64,000 nt of DNA from a virus, in the IMG/VR virus record IMGVR_UViG_3300007512_000031, positions 2,328-66,327 of that record; one strand, written 5' to 3'. Below are positions 27,822 to 39,633 of the stretch, in pieces; position 1 is the stretch's first letter, and the number at the start of each line of letters is the position of its first letter. The translations under genes and the position numbers were made by a program. Below the pieces are notes generated by a model that did no database searches, had not been told where the DNA came from, and saw only the letters and a list, made by a program, of their open reading frames with translations.

Positions 27822-30800
27822 TAACCTGCCAATGCTATTGCTCTAAAATCTCTAATAGATGGAACTTTTGTTGAAGAACTACTATACATACAAACTTTTA
27901 TGGCAAAAGTTTTAATAGGTTTATCAAAATTACTTGACAATGAGAAAGTTACATCAGAAAAATCATAATCATTGGACGCATCTGATATTGTTGAATCTGC
28001 TGTCATTTTTGTATATCCAACTTCTTCAAATGGTGTATCATCTTCATCACCTAATGGTTTAATGAATACTTGAATTGATGCTTCGGATGGTTTATTTACC
28101 GACATCAATACTTTAAAGTTTGTAGATTCAAATCCGTCAGCAAGTGTAACTCGTCTTGTAATATATCTACCCGATGCCCCTGGCGTTAAATCTGGATTTA
28201 TTGTGCCAGTTCCATAAAGTGTTGAGTCGGAAGAATGAGCATTTGCATCTAGTTCACCATTCGTAGATGTGTCTGTACTATTATTTACTTGATTATTTAC
28301 AGTAATCAAATCTAATCGTTTAATATCAATTACAGGAGATACAAAAGAATCAGTTGTAGTTAATTGTGCATCCAGTCCAAAGTGAGAATTTCCTGTCATA
28401 AGTTGAGGATTTTCCATATAAATGTTTTCATTTGCAATGGTATTAATATTTGATACTTGGTTTGAATCACTACCTAAATCAAAATCATAAGAAAGAGCAG
28501 TGTTTCGAGGTACTAATTCACCAGAATTAATTTTGAAAACATCAACGGTTTGTGAAGAAAACTCACTAGACGGAATTTCAAAAGAAATATCTCCAGCAGT
28601 GGTGGTAAATTCACAAACATTAATCTTAAATTTGAGACTCTTGTTTATATTAGGAACAGAAATGCCAGTATTTTGTGGTGTGAATAATGTTCCCGAATAT
28701 GGTTGTTCTGAAATTAATACACCAGAATCTAATTGAGTTTCTCCAAGTTGTGCAGAGAATAGTTTATAGTTATCACTAGTTGTTTTTAAAGCAAGTGAAT
28801 ATTCACCGGCTGCAATATAAACAGGACTACTAAATGTAAATCTTGTAAATTGGTCTTCGGTTGGATAATCACTTCTTACTTCACTTTCGTCTGGAATAAG
28901 TGTAACGGTTGAGAATGGAAGTGATTGAGCAAGGTGAGGATAACCACCGATAGTAGGTCGAATTTCCATTGTAATCGGAATATCAGTATCGATACTTTGG
29001 AAATATAAATCAACACTATGCATAAACACTCCACCCGGATAATCGTTTCTGTTTACTGTGAACGATTGTGCAAGAGGATCAATCCATAAATTGTTTCCAC
29101 TAGTATTGATATATTGTTCTCTATCGAATGCATCCTTAACAATTGCATCATCGTTTACAACTTGTCGTTTGCTAACAATAGGTCGAGTAGATGCAATATC
29201 ACCTTCTCTTTGTTGCACCGTACCAAGTCCGTAGTAGATGACATCTGCGGCAGTTGTTGTGGTTGATAATGTATTATTTGAATCATCGGTTAGACGGAAT
29301 AGTTTTTCTCCAGTTCGGAATGAAGTCGCAGGAATTGAGAAGAACATATCAGAAATCTTTCCTTCACTGTCTGTCCATAATGCTCCACCCGATACACCAC
29401 CTGTTGGTCCGCAATATTGTCCTACTCCTGTTCCGTCAAAGTATGGATATACTTGTGTGTTTGGTTTTAATCCGTAAGCATTTAATGTTATTGTTTTCGC
29501 CCTCATATAAGGAACAACACTAACATCTACTAATTTATTGTTTATTAATTTTTCTAACCGTTCTGGTAGTTTTCTAACACGAATTCCTACTCTACCTTCA
29601 TTATTTTTAAGAGTTTCAGTAGAACGGACGGCAGCAGAATCAGCAAGTTTAATTCGGTTTTCAATATTACTTCCAGTTAAACCTGTACTAAACTCATTAA
29701 GATAATCTCTACCTCTATTTCCATAAATATCACTTACGGTAATAGTTCTGCCAGACCAGATAGATTCCCAATCATTCCATTGAGTACCATATCCATATCC
29801 CTGACTTTCGTTTAGTACTTTCCATCTGTCATTTTCACCTTGAGTATTAATTTTAACAAGTGGCGCTCCAGTTTGGTTATACCACCCATCAAAAGGATCA
29901 TCAATGGTGATATGCCCCATCCACGATGGAACATTAAATGGGTTTACTTGTACAGTTCCACTTGCAAGTGGCTGCCAAACAAATTGACTATAAACATTAT
30001 ATGTTAATGTTGCCACACCATCCGAAGAAATAACTACGCTGCTTGTTGAACCAGAAACTTCAGACAGGTCTGAAGATGTACTAGTAAATTGTGGTCGTAA
30101 GTGACCATTTTCTGAATCAATCGAACACCTGTAATCTGCGTTTAAAACATCCCCTACTGCGTGTCCTCTGAATGGGTCTACTAGAATACCATTCTTGAAA
30201 ATATCATCACCGTTTGCATCTGTAATTGAACGGGCTTCTGTTTGTTGTTCAAGTAAAGATAAACTTGTATAATATTCAAGATTTTCTACTCGTTTTTCAA
30301 TCGCACCAATATCACGCATTGTATATCGTTTATTTTCAATATATTTGCTAGTAATATCATTGATATTAAATGTATATGCAGGTACAGTTAAAACATACAG
30401 TGTCATTGCATCATCTCTATCGGGAGGACTTTGTGGATTCAAAGCAGGGATACCACGAATGACATCAAACTCTCTTTCTTTGGTTAATACAATTTTATCA
30501 ATTCGTGAGAGATAATGATCGTAAGATGATCTAAAGTCTTGTCCGTTTCTTGGAGATAAACCCAATGGGTTAATATTATCTCCAGTTTCTTTTGTTGCCC
30601 TAAAGTCAATACAATTTCTTAACGAGAATGATTTACCAGTTTTAGGACTTGTATAAATTGGAATGTCATTATAGTTGAAATCTGAAGTATCATGTGTATA
30701 TGAATTAACAATAAATGGTCCAATACCAGACCCGTGGTCAAATCTACTGTAAGTGATTGTCATATCAACATCACCAGTTAATACACCACCACCAGTTCCC

Positions 30801-33112
30801 AATGAAGGATTGAGATACAACCTACCAAAGTCATAATAGTTATCTCGTTGACCATTATCCAATAAGAATATTTCTTTACATTCACTTCCTGTAAGACCAA
30901 ATGCATTCTTTACAGTATCATTATTACTTTGTACTGAAATAACATCATAAATGTCATGATGATTTAATGTAAGATAATAAGAACCTGTAGTACCAGAAAG
31001 ACCAGAACTCGATGCGTTATGAACATGAGCAGTAGTGCATCCTGTTGATCCTGTTGCAATACCTTCAACAAAAGTTTTCTTTCTAAATAATGGACCACCT
31101 GCCACGGCTAGAGTTGCATTTAATGTATAGTCTCCAACAGCAAGTTGCTTATTTGCATCGGTAGCGTGTCCAATTTTTAATGTTTTAGCAGAATCAGCAC
31201 CTAACATAATTTGAATGTTAGTCGTGTCAACTCTTTCTCCTGTTACACCATTTGTTCCTGTTGCACCACCAGCAACCAATAAATAATAAGTTCGTTTATC
31301 ATCATCTAATAATGCAGTATCTTGGTCACTTTCATATGCACCAACAAACGAAAGTGAATCACTTCCAGATGAAATTTCTACAACGGTAGATGCAGATGAT
31401 TGTGTGAATGTAAATCCTTTATTTACTCTATATGTTAGATTGCTTATGTTTTTAATTGCATTACCAACTGGCGCAGGGAAAATTGCAGTATTAAAGTTGG
31501 GATCATTTAAAACAACACCACCAGTAATACCACCGGGACTTCCTGTTCCACCAGAAGCAGGAACAAAACCAGCAGTTAGACTTCCCGAACCTAATGTTGT
31601 ACCACCACCAAACGAATTGATGTGTCCGAATGCAGTAATACCACCCAAGTTAATATCAAATAAATACATATTATATGATTGTGCATCAGAAGTCATTGAA
31701 CCAGTATAATCATTATTTGGAACAATTGCTCTTACTCTTGCCGTACCTGTACCACCACTACCATTTAAAAGAATTTTAGGGTGGTTGTTTACAATCGGGA
31801 AACCACCAGTGAATGCACCAGCAGTAGCAGCGCCTTCTTCACTCGGAATACCACTTCGAACCTTTACATATTGTCCAAATTTTACATTATTCATTGGATG
31901 GGATGAAACTGAGTCAGCAGAACGCCCTTTGTCTACAAGAACATATTGTGTTCCCATAGTTTCAAACTCATATCCAAACACATATGCTTTACCTGATTGT
32001 AAACCGCAGGCTGCTTTACCAGATGTTCCACCACCAGATTCATCGAATGGTCCACCCAAAGATGAAAGTGATTCTCTTAAATCTATTTCAAATGGTTTTA
32101 CTGTATATGAACCAGATTCATCATAAGTTCGTCTTGCTAAAGTTTTTTCAATTTCAGAATAATCTGTATAGTTCTTTTGAATAGTAGTTTTACCACCAAT
32201 AAACCGAACAACCTCAAAGAAGTTTTTATCTGCAAATGCAGTAGAACCAGCAGTTGCACTATTGACGAAATTCTTGAACGATAAATTTAAATCTATTTTG
32301 AATCTGTCTGCACCCGGAGCATTGTAATTATACGAACCCGATGCAGGATCTCTTAAAGTATAATCTTCATTATAATTAATAATTTGTTTATCAGCAGAAA
32401 ATCCTACACGGCTTGTAGGATCAAGAAAATCTCTGATTGTGGACGAAGCACCCGTAGTTCCATAAGGAGAGGTAGATTGAGTATCGGTTTTTACAAAATA
32501 TCCATCATAAAAATAAATACCATTCGCAACAGTTGTTAATTTTGCTGTACCCGATACACCACGAACATATAAGGCATCAGTTGAAGGTGTTGAAGGACCT
32601 GTCGATGCAATTCTTGCTTGATATGTGTTACTACCACAAATACCTTGTACTACATCTCCTGGTGAAAACTGTTCCCCTGCCACTCCACCAGAACCACCAT
32701 TTAAATATTGTACGAATAAAAGATAATAATCATCATCTGTAGTAATATCTGCACTTAAACCGTGTAAAACTTTTGCTTTTCTAGTATCGTTACTTGAACC
32801 TATTGTTAAATTTGTACCAATAAAATTAGCAACATCGATATTTCCTGTCGCTCCCGATGTTGGATCGGGTTTTTCAAATCGAATAAAAGTTATATCTTGA
32901 TTGGTAATTTCACCACCAAGAATTCTAGAACCATCATTAAATATATGGTCGCCAAAAGTCTTTATTTGATTTTGGAGTACAGTTTGAAGTTGTGTAAGTT
33001 CTCTTGCTTGGACAGCGTATCCTGGCCTAAACAACATACGAAGAAACTTCTTATTAACATCAAAGTCATCGTAGTAGGGATCTGTATTAAATAATGTAGG
33101 GTCATATACCAT
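27821..33112 (-). CDS. Large virion structural protein (DUF4815/VrlC-like)
   Basis: PYYDDFD..K.FLRMLFRPGYAVQARELTQLQ, APGADRFKI, LARRTYDESGSY, RYTMRDIG..EKRVENLEYYTSLSLLE, DPLAQSF, DFRAIAL. Confidence 0.9.
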   Translation of the reverse strand: MVYDPTLFNTDPYYDDFDVNKKFLRMLFRPGYAVQARELTQLQTVLQNQIKTFGDHIFNDGSRILGGEITNQDITFIRFEKPDPTSGATGNIDVANFIGTNLTIGSSNDTRKAKVLHGLSADITTDDDYYLLFVQYLNGGSGGVAGEQFSPGDVVQGICGSNTYQARIASTGPSTPSTDALYVRGVSGTAKLTTVANGIYFYDGYFVKTDTQSTSPYGTTGASSTIRDFLDPTSRVGFSADKQIINYNEDYTLRDPASGSYNYNAPGADRFKIDLNLSFKNFVNSATAGSTAFADKNFFEVVRFIGGKTTIQKNYTDYSEIEKTLARRTYDESGSYTVKPFEIDLRESLSSLGGPFDESGGGTSGKAACGLQSGKAYVFGYEFETMGTQYVLVDKGRSADSVSSHPMNNVKFGQYVKVRSGIPSEEGAATAGAFTGGFPIVNNHPKILLNGSGGTGTARVRAIVPNNDYTGSMTSDAQSYNMYLFDINLGGITAFGHINSFGGGTTLGSGSLTAGFVPASGGTGSPGGITGGVVLNDPNFNTAIFPAPVGNAIKNISNLTYRVNKGFTFTQSSASTVVEISSGSDSLSFVGAYESDQDTALLDDDKRTYYLLVAGGATGTNGVTGERVDTTNIQIMLGADSAKTLKIGHATDANKQLAVGDYTLNATLAVAGGPLFRKKTFVEGIATGSTGCTTAHVHNASSSGLSGTTGSYYLTLNHHDIYDVISVQSNNDTVKNAFGLTGSECKEIFLLDNGQRDNYYDFGRLYLNPSLGTGGGVLTGDVDMTITYSRFDHGSGIGPFIVNSYTHDTSDFNYNDIPIYTSPKTGKSFSLRNCIDFRATKETGDNINPLGLSPRNGQDFRSSYDHYLSRIDKIVLTKEREFDVIRGIPALNPQSPPDRDDAMTLYVLTVPAYTFNINDITSKYIENKRYTMRDIGAIEKRVENLEYYTSLSLLEQQTEARSITDANGDDIFKNGILVDPFRGHAVGDVLNADYRCSIDSENGHLRPQFTSTSSDLSEVSGSTSSVVISSDGVATLTYNVYSQFVWQPLASGTVQVNPFNVPSWMGHITIDDPFDGWYNQTGAPLVKINTQGENDRWKVLNESQGYGYGTQWNDWESIWSGRTITVSDIYGNRGRDYLNEFSTGLTGSNIENRIKLADSAAVRSTETLKNNEGRVGIRVRKLPERLEKLINNKLVDVSVVPYMRAKTITLNAYGLKPNTQVYPYFDGTGVGQYCGPTGGVSGGALWTDSEGKISDMFFSIPATSFRTGEKLFRLTDDSNNTLSTTTTAADVIYYGLGTVQQREGDIASTRPIVSKRQVVNDDAIVKDAFDREQYINTSGNNLWIDPLAQSFTVNRNDYPGGVFMHSVDLYFQSIDTDIPITMEIRPTIGGYPHLAQSLPFSTVTLIPDESEVRSDYPTEDQFTRFTFSSPVYIAAGEYSLALKTTSDNYKLFSAQLGETQLDSGVLISEQPYSGTLFTPQNTGISVPNINKSLKFKINVCEFTTTAGDISFEIPSSEFSSQTVDVFKINSGELVPRNTALSYDFDLGSDSNQVSNINTIANENIYMENPQLMTGNSHFGLDAQLTTTDSFVSPVIDIKRLDLITVNNQVNNSTDTSTNGELDANAHSSDSTLYGTGTINPDLTPGASGRYITRRVTLADGFESTNFKVLMSVNKPSEASIQVFIKPLGDEDDTPFEEVGYTKMTADSTISDASNDYDFSDVTFSLSSNFDKPIKTFAIKVCMYSSSSTKVPSIRDFRAIALAG

Positions 33113-33138
33113 CTATTGTAAACTCCTAAAATTACACA

Positions 33139-35520
33139 TTAACTGCATTCGTCAAATCCAAGCATAATTTTAACTTCTTCGTCCTGTTCATAGTTTTTAG
33201 TAATACTCTTTATATTCTGTATATATAAGACTTGCCCCGACCCTATGTTTAAATCGGGGGCATCTATAGAATCTATTGCATGATTAGCAATAGAACCGCC
33301 AGTCGATGAATGAAAACCGCCAGTTACAAACCCACCACGAACTTCGTTTAAAAATAATTCTCCCGAAGCACCAGCAGTTTTAGACCATTTTACAATCTTA
33401 CCAGTTTTTACGATACCAGTGACTGAATCTTTTTGATAGAAAAGAACATCGGGGGTGTACGAAGAATCAGTTAATGAACTAGTTGAATCAGTAATCACAA
33501 ATTTATTCGTCAATCTATATGATTTTTCTAATGTTTCTTCGTCTTGAACATCTGTTAATTTGTTTGCTCTTGCAAGATTTTGGAATCCGCCTTGTGTGGT
33601 GAATTCAAATGTTACTCCTTGAGTGGAACTAAAGTGTTTGAGAAGTTCTCCCATTCGTCTTTCAACCGTATTGAACGAACCTTGCCAAGCAGTTCCTGTA
33701 GTGAATCCAGCAGAGTCACCCACCCAAAATTCTTCTACTGTAGTACCAGTCGATGTAAAGGTGTTGTCTGTGACTTTGACAATAAGTTCATAAGGTCCAC
33801 TTGTCGGTGCGCTCCAATCTTGTACTATTCCCTTTGCTGTGGCGCCACTTGCACCTGCAAGACCATTATGTTGTCTTACTTCTCTACCAACTACATAATC
33901 GTTCGGCGCGCCACCACTTGCTGCCGTATCACTAAAAACAAGTCTAACATCAGTAGAGGCAGGATTATCTAATTCAAAATTTCCTTGAACATTTGAAAGT
34001 TCTAGTGTTCCTTGACTTCCTTCCCAAGTCCAATCTTGAATCTTTGCAGATGCTTGTGATCTTTCACCGACAATACTGTCTCCTGTTGCTCCTGTTGTTG
34101 TCAAAAATGTTTGGTCATTAAACCCTACAGTAGAAAAATATGGAACGACCACACTCATTTGTTTTCTTCTAACAATTTCAGTACCCGCAGTCCAACCATC
34201 ATATGTTCCGCCTTTAATTGTCGGATTTTTTACTAATGTTATTTGACGGAAATCTTGAGCAACAACAAAATTAGAATCGTCACCCTTTACAGTGGTTCTA
34301 ATCATGATTTTATCACTATTAAAATCATCTAAAGCATTCTTTGCATGACCACCTGCGAGAGAAATTATTGGTGAAAGTGTTGGTCCTGCTAAAGTTTTTC
34401 CATCAATTAAACTTACACCTAAAGTTCCACCACTTACACCCAATGGTAAAATTCTGGGAACAGCAACTGTATAATCTTTGCCAACATTTAACAAACTTAC
34501 ACTAGAAATATTTTTGTTTGAATCTACTGTAGCAATTGCTTCTGCACTCGCTCCATCACCATCAAACACAATATTTGGCATAATTTTATATCTTGAACCT
34601 TCTTCACTTCCTTGTGTAGTTTTGACTTCTTCTAATAAAGGTACATCAAAATATACGAGTCTACTTCCACCATCATAATCTGTTATAATTCTTCTTTGTC
34701 CAACACCAACATTAGCAGAAATATAAATTGCATATCCATTATAATAATCGTCATCATCATTCTCACCAGCAGAAAGATACATTGCAGTTGAACCAGCAGG
34801 AGAATCTTGTGCAAGTACAGGTTCATCTTGAGGGTCAGTGGATCTTTCCCATTGTGCATTTGTAAGGGTAGAAGAAACATCAGTAAAATCAATATGTTCT
34901 ATAGCACCATTTACAGAGTCTTGCTGTGCGTCCCATTGATTTTTGGTAGCATCTATGGTATCATCAACAACATATTGAACGGGAATATAATCTGTTGTAA
35001 TAAATTCTCTTGCATCTTCTGGAACTTTGTATACAAACTTCCATTTATATCCATCTTGAAGCGTTACTGTTTGGGATACGGTGTGTGTTGGCTCGTATAA
35101 TGATTGTGCGCTGTTATTGTTACTAATACATTTATATACATTTCCGTTAATTGTATAAATAAAATACTGCTTTGGAGTGCTTGCAAATAAATTATCTGTA
35201 TGATTATATGCATCATATATAGTACCATATGTCCAATTATATCTGCGAATCATATGATATATGTTTCTAGAAGATATTCGTTTTGCACCTATAGCATCTC
35301 TCCATGCTTGAAATCCTCTTTCTACATTATCAATATTTGAAGCAGGAAAAGAATCACCAGTAGTACCATATGGTCCAGATTCTGGTGGAGAAGTTATACC
35401 CCACGAATCAACTTTTCCTAATAACAAGAAGTATTGATCATCAGCATCATTACTAAAGTTATTGTACAAATCTTTAGCAAATGTTGTTTGTAGTTCTTTT
35501 CTTAATGCATCAGATGCCAT
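33139..35520 (-). CDS. gp8: Baseplate wedge subunit gp8 (expanded)
   Basis: RRYNWTYGTIYD, VYKCISNN, DGYKWKFVY, DFRQITLVKNP, SGQVLYIQN...QDEEVKIML. Confidence 0.88.
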   Translation of the reverse strand: MASDALRKELQTTFAKDLYNNFSNDADDQYFLLLGKVDSWGITSPPESGPYGTTGDSFPASNIDNVERGFQAWRDAIGAKRISSRNIYHMIRRYNWTYGTIYDAYNHTDNLFASTPKQYFIYTINGNVYKCISNNNSAQSLYEPTHTVSQTVTLQDGYKWKFVYKVPEDAREFITTDYIPVQYVVDDTIDATKNQWDAQQDSVNGAIEHIDFTDVSSTLTNAQWERSTDPQDEPVLAQDSPAGSTAMYLSAGENDDDDYYNGYAIYISANVGVGQRRIITDYDGGSRLVYFDVPLLEEVKTTQGSEEGSRYKIMPNIVFDGDGASAEAIATVDSNKNISSVSLLNVGKDYTVAVPRILPLGVSGGTLGVSLIDGKTLAGPTLSPIISLAGGHAKNALDDFNSDKIMIRTTVKGDDSNFVVAQDFRQITLVKNPTIKGGTYDGWTAGTEIVRRKQMSVVVPYFSTVGFNDQTFLTTTGATGDSIVGERSQASAKIQDWTWEGSQGTLELSNVQGNFELDNPASTDVRLVFSDTAASGGAPNDYVVGREVRQHNGLAGASGATAKGIVQDWSAPTSGPYELIVKVTDNTFTSTGTTVEEFWVGDSAGFTTGTAWQGSFNTVERRMGELLKHFSSTQGVTFEFTTQGGFQNLARANKLTDVQDEETLEKSYRLTNKFVITDSTSSLTDSSYTPDVLFYQKDSVTGIVKTGKIVKWSKTAGASGELFLNEVRGGFVTGGFHSSTGGSIANHAIDSIDAPDLNIGSGQVLYIQNIKSITKNYEQDEEVKIMLGFDECS

Positions 35521-35532
35521 TTTTATCTCCTA

Positions 35533-37767
35533 CTATGCCCCACTATATCCACCACATACTCCAGTTTCGGTATCTCCGCTATGGAATTGCCATGATGCAG
35601 GCAAATTAACGATTGTTTCAAGTCCAAGCATTTTAATTGGTTGATTAATAGTACTTCCTGCATTTGCCTCTCCTACACTTCCAACGCCACCTGTTACGAA
35701 GGTATATGATATAGAATTTAATCCCGTATGGTTATCTATCTCAATAACATCACCCGTACCAAAATTATTCTCACTAGTCAAGTAAACTTTTAAAACATTA
35801 CCAGTTCCACCAGATGTGCCAGGAATCCAATCTTTTACAATTCCTTGGGCAGACACCCCATTACCAATTGTTTGTTGAACCACATTACCAATAGTATAAT
35901 CATATCCTGCCGTATATCCTTCTTCACTTTCAGTAAAAGTATTTACAAAAATTTCTCTTGGAAAATTATCTGGAAATCTTGACTGAAAAGATGAATTAAT
36001 ACCCCAATATGTATATCCAAATAATGTAGAACCAGCATCAAGTGGACTACCTAATGGGTCGTGTGTCGTACCTTGAGTATATAATACAGTACCATTTCCT
36101 TTTCCTGTGGTTTGTACAATTCCAGTTGCTCCACCTGTTGCTTCGATTTCTTCTCCTACTTCAAATCCCAATACTCCACCAGTGCCATTACTGTAAACAA
36201 ATACCACTCCACCCGTAGCAGTTCCTCTAGACCATTCAAATATAATTCCAGTGGCGCCAGAAGAAGAACCAGTAATACCTTCACCGTTTCTAAATGAACC
36301 CAAAGTAAATCCACCATCACCTGTACCAACAATAGAAATTCTTCCACCTGTTATACCAAGACAATGATTTGTTGCAGTAGAGCCAGGATTAAATCCTGTA
36401 GGATATAAATCCACGGTTGAACCAGTTGCGGTGGATCCCCGAAGGTCATCAATAGAGTTTAATGTATATGGGGTATAGTGTCCTATAACTGGTGTTTCTG
36501 ATCCGTCAAGTTTTGTAAAGTATGGAGATGCGATAGTTGCACTATTAAACAAAGAAATATTACCAAACATTTTAGTTCCTGCTGGGTGAACCAATTTCTT
36601 TGCTTGCTTTAAGTAAGTTTCTAATGCAACTTCTGATTTTAAAACATAAGAATGTTCTTGATAAAAATCATTATCTCTTATAAATTTATTAGAACTGAGT
36701 TTTCCATCATTATTAGAATAATATCCGGGATATACACATAATGCTTCTAGTTTTGCAGTTCCTTCAGCATTACCATCTCCAGAAGAACTTCTAAAATTAA
36801 CTGGTAATGTTTCTGTTGTACTCTTATAATTTACACCAAAATTATTAATGGATACTTGCACGATATTACCATTGGCTCCAACTTGAGATACTTTTCCTGA
36901 AGCACCCACCCCAGACAAATATTCAGCACTTCCATCATCTATAATAACATTATCGCCAGACCTATAACCAGAACCACCAACATTAATATCAATTACAGAA
37001 GGAACAGAAAATATAACTTCTCGTATTTCAGAACCATCGTCTATAGTTCCTCGGATTTCAGAACCCTGAGTAAATATTCCATTAATACTTTTTAAAAATA
37101 ATTCCGTAACATTGTATTGATTAACATTGTATTGAATCACAGATTCTACTGTGGCTGAAGCCGTTATATCACCAACTCCAAATTTATCATATTGATATAT
37201 TTTTTCTCCTAATAATTGGAAATTTGACGACCCATTGTTAGATGTTACTTTTATAGATTTGTCTTCTATCCATTTACCATCAGATACTCTGAGAAGGTCT
37301 TCTCCGGGATAATAAAAATCTGCATCGCTGTCGTGCAAGACTCGAAGTATTAATTTGATTGCTTTTTCAGTTCCTTTAGAACTATAAAAATCAGAAATGT
37401 TTTTAAGAAATGTTTTTTCGTTTAAAGATTCTCCAGAAGAATTGATGGCGAAAATTTTTGGAAAATCTGCAATGTATGTTTTTTGAAAATATGTAACAAA
37501 TGAATCTAATGTTCTATCGACATCAAGAGTATCCATAAATGTCAAAGAAATTCCTGCTGGATTTTCTGTTTGTTCCATCCATTCATAATATGCTTCCATA
37601 AAATCAATAAATCCTTGGTGATTGTTTTTAACATATCCGGGTACAAGTTCTGAAACAAGATTTGAAATCTTATTTTCACTACTTGCAGTTTTTCCTGTAA
37701 TAAGTGTTGGTACATTGGGTACTTCACCTTCTCCAGGACTTCCACCACCACCAAGTACACCAGACAT
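35533..37767 (-). CDS. Baseplate wedge protein (gp7-like)
   Basis: FMEAYYEWME, FYSSKGTEKA, SDGKW, DNDFYQEHSYVLKS, KKLVHPAGTKMFG; lies between gp6 and gp8. Confidence 0.8.
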   Translation of the reverse strand: MSGVLGGGGSPGEGEVPNVPTLITGKTASSENKISNLVSELVPGYVKNNHQGFIDFMEAYYEWMEQTENPAGISLTFMDTLDVDRTLDSFVTYFQKTYIADFPKIFAINSSGESLNEKTFLKNISDFYSSKGTEKAIKLILRVLHDSDADFYYPGEDLLRVSDGKWIEDKSIKVTSNNGSSNFQLLGEKIYQYDKFGVGDITASATVESVIQYNVNQYNVTELFLKSINGIFTQGSEIRGTIDDGSEIREVIFSVPSVIDINVGGSGYRSGDNVIIDDGSAEYLSGVGASGKVSQVGANGNIVQVSINNFGVNYKSTTETLPVNFRSSSGDGNAEGTAKLEALCVYPGYYSNNDGKLSSNKFIRDNDFYQEHSYVLKSEVALETYLKQAKKLVHPAGTKMFGNISLFNSATIASPYFTKLDGSETPVIGHYTPYTLNSIDDLRGSTATGSTVDLYPTGFNPGSTATNHCLGITGGRISIVGTGDGGFTLGSFRNGEGITGSSSGATGIIFEWSRGTATGGVVFVYSNGTGGVLGFEVGEEIEATGGATGIVQTTGKGNGTVLYTQGTTHDPLGSPLDAGSTLFGYTYWGINSSFQSRFPDNFPREIFVNTFTESEEGYTAGYDYTIGNVVQQTIGNGVSAQGIVKDWIPGTSGGTGNVLKVYLTSENNFGTGDVIEIDNHTGLNSISYTFVTGGVGSVGEANAGSTINQPIKMLGLETIVNLPASWQFHSGDTETGVCGGYSGA

Positions 37768-37770
37768 TTA

Positions 37771-39633
37771 TTACGAACCTCCACTTATTGAAATCGAAGC
37801 AGGAGCATCTGATGCAGAATATGGATTATATGGTGCAACAGTAACATCTACCGAATCTGTATCTGATGTATCAATTTTTAAAATAACATTTCTTTCAGAT
37901 AAAATATCTTTGTTAGCAGGCACCGCATTAATTTTTAAAAGACTACCAGTGGATGATACAGGAAGAAAATCTTTAATCGAAACAATTCCTGTAGTATAAT
38001 CAACTGTTCCAGCATCTTCTACTAAATAAATATTTTCTCCATCAATTACTTCAAATATTCTCATGTTTCCTGAACCATCATCATCAAAATATGCAGAAAC
38101 GGTAGTTCCATCTGATTTAGTATACGAAAATGCACTACTGATGATGACGGGAATATGTCCATCGTGAGGATGAAAAATAGGATTTTCAAATTTGACAGTG
38201 TAAGATCTTACCTTATTTAAAGTTAATTCAATTCTTTTTTGTAAAGTAATTGCAGTTTCGTTTCCTAAAATAGATTCATCAGCATCATCTAAAAATTTGA
38301 CAAATTTAGAAAATCTTAAATTCCTACTAAACTTTTCTAGATTTAATAAAGTATATGCAATAATTTTGGCATTAACTAATGTTTTTATATCGCTCATAGT
38401 TTTTGTAGTAGAATCAGCATCATAGGAAACATTACTTTTAATAAGAACATAAAGATAATTTGGATCTACAATATCGGGTATAATGCTTACAACATTTTGG
38501 TCTTTTATTAGGTTTTGTAAACTTAATTTATCGTTATTACTTAGTGCTTCCCCTGCTGTGGGATTTATTGAAACAAATACTTTTCCGTATTCTGGTGGAT
38601 CATTATCTTCACCGCCCCAAACAAATACATCACTTGCTTTTGAGTAATTTTGTGTGATAAAAGATGTATAATCGTTTGCTGTTACTGTTCTATTTTGAGA
38701 TTGAAAAGACCTAGGTGCATTAAATCTAATTGAATCTAATGATTCTTTGTCAGAACCACCAGAAGTTTCTGAAACAACTTCAATGTCAACAAGGTCTGTA
38801 ATTGCACTGGATGAAAATGCTCTATTTCCAGCAGTTTCAGTGCTTCCAATATTATTTGCATTCGCACCTGAACAAACTATGTAATCCAATATAACGACAT
38901 TTCCAGAGTCAGGTTTCTTTCCTATGATATTGTCACCAAAGTATACTTCAAATTGTCCATCTTCAGTTTCTTGGACCCAATATGATTTTGTCGTAGATGT
39001 CAAGGATGTGATATCTGTAACTCTTGACCATGTATCACTATATCCTGTAGAATCTGTAGTAGAAGTTTGAACATATACTGATAAGGTACTAGTATCTACA
39101 TTTTTATCTGGAATGATAAATCGTTGAGTGTCATCACTGTTGTCTACAATGTAACTGTAATTTCTATAAGTACCTTCTTTGATTATTACATTTCTGGCTA
39201 TTTTCTGTGTGGAATTCAAAACTTCGAAAGTTTCTACATCAGGATTATAAAATGTGTATGTTGTCCCGTCTTTTACTCCAACAAATTTAGATCGTTTTGT
39301 TAAAAATGTTGTTGAAGTATCATTATTAGTAATGGTAATATCTACCGTAGCACTTGCACTCGTTTTAGAAGTTGGAGAATATCCCAGTGATTTGGCATGA
39401 GAAATCACGGAGGATCTTTTAATTGCACTGTCTAAAAATAATTCATTGGCAATCATGTTGTTGTAAAATCCAAGATAGTGAGTTGTGTATGCCAATAAAT
39501 CTAACATCACAGAAATTCCAGACCCTTCAAAATTAAAGTCTGAAAATTCACTTCGTCCACTTAGATAATCTTTAAGATTGTTTCTTATAGTTAAGAAATC
39601 TAATTGATTTATTTCAAGTTTATTATTTGCCAT
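37771..39633 (-). CDS. gp6: Baseplate wedge subunit gp6
   Basis: LDFLTIRNNL, DFNFEGSG, LLAYTTHY, ELFLDSA, QNRTVTANDY, WGGEDNDPPEYGKVF. Confidence 0.95.
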   Translation of the reverse strand: MANNKLEINQLDFLTIRNNLKDYLSGRSEFSDFNFEGSGISVMLDLLAYTTHYLGFYNNMIANELFLDSAIKRSSVISHAKSLGYSPTSKTSASATVDITITNNDTSTTFLTKRSKFVGVKDGTTYTFYNPDVETFEVLNSTQKIARNVIIKEGTYRNYSYIVDNSDDTQRFIIPDKNVDTSTLSVYVQTSTTDSTGYSDTWSRVTDITSLTSTTKSYWVQETEDGQFEVYFGDNIIGKKPDSGNVVILDYIVCSGANANNIGSTETAGNRAFSSSAITDLVDIEVVSETSGGSDKESLDSIRFNAPRSFQSQNRTVTANDYTSFITQNYSKASDVFVWGGEDNDPPEYGKVFVSINPTAGEALSNNDKLSLQNLIKDQNVVSIIPDIVDPNYLYVLIKSNVSYDADSTTKTMSDIKTLVNAKIIAYTLLNLEKFSRNLRFSKFVKFLDDADESILGNETAITLQKRIELTLNKVRSYTVKFENPIFHPHDGHIPVIISSAFSYTKSDGTTVSAYFDDDGSGNMRIFEVIDGENIYLVEDAGTVDYTTGIVSIKDFLPVSSTGSLLKINAVPANKDILSERNVILKIDTSDTDSVDVTVAPYNPYSASDAPASISISGGS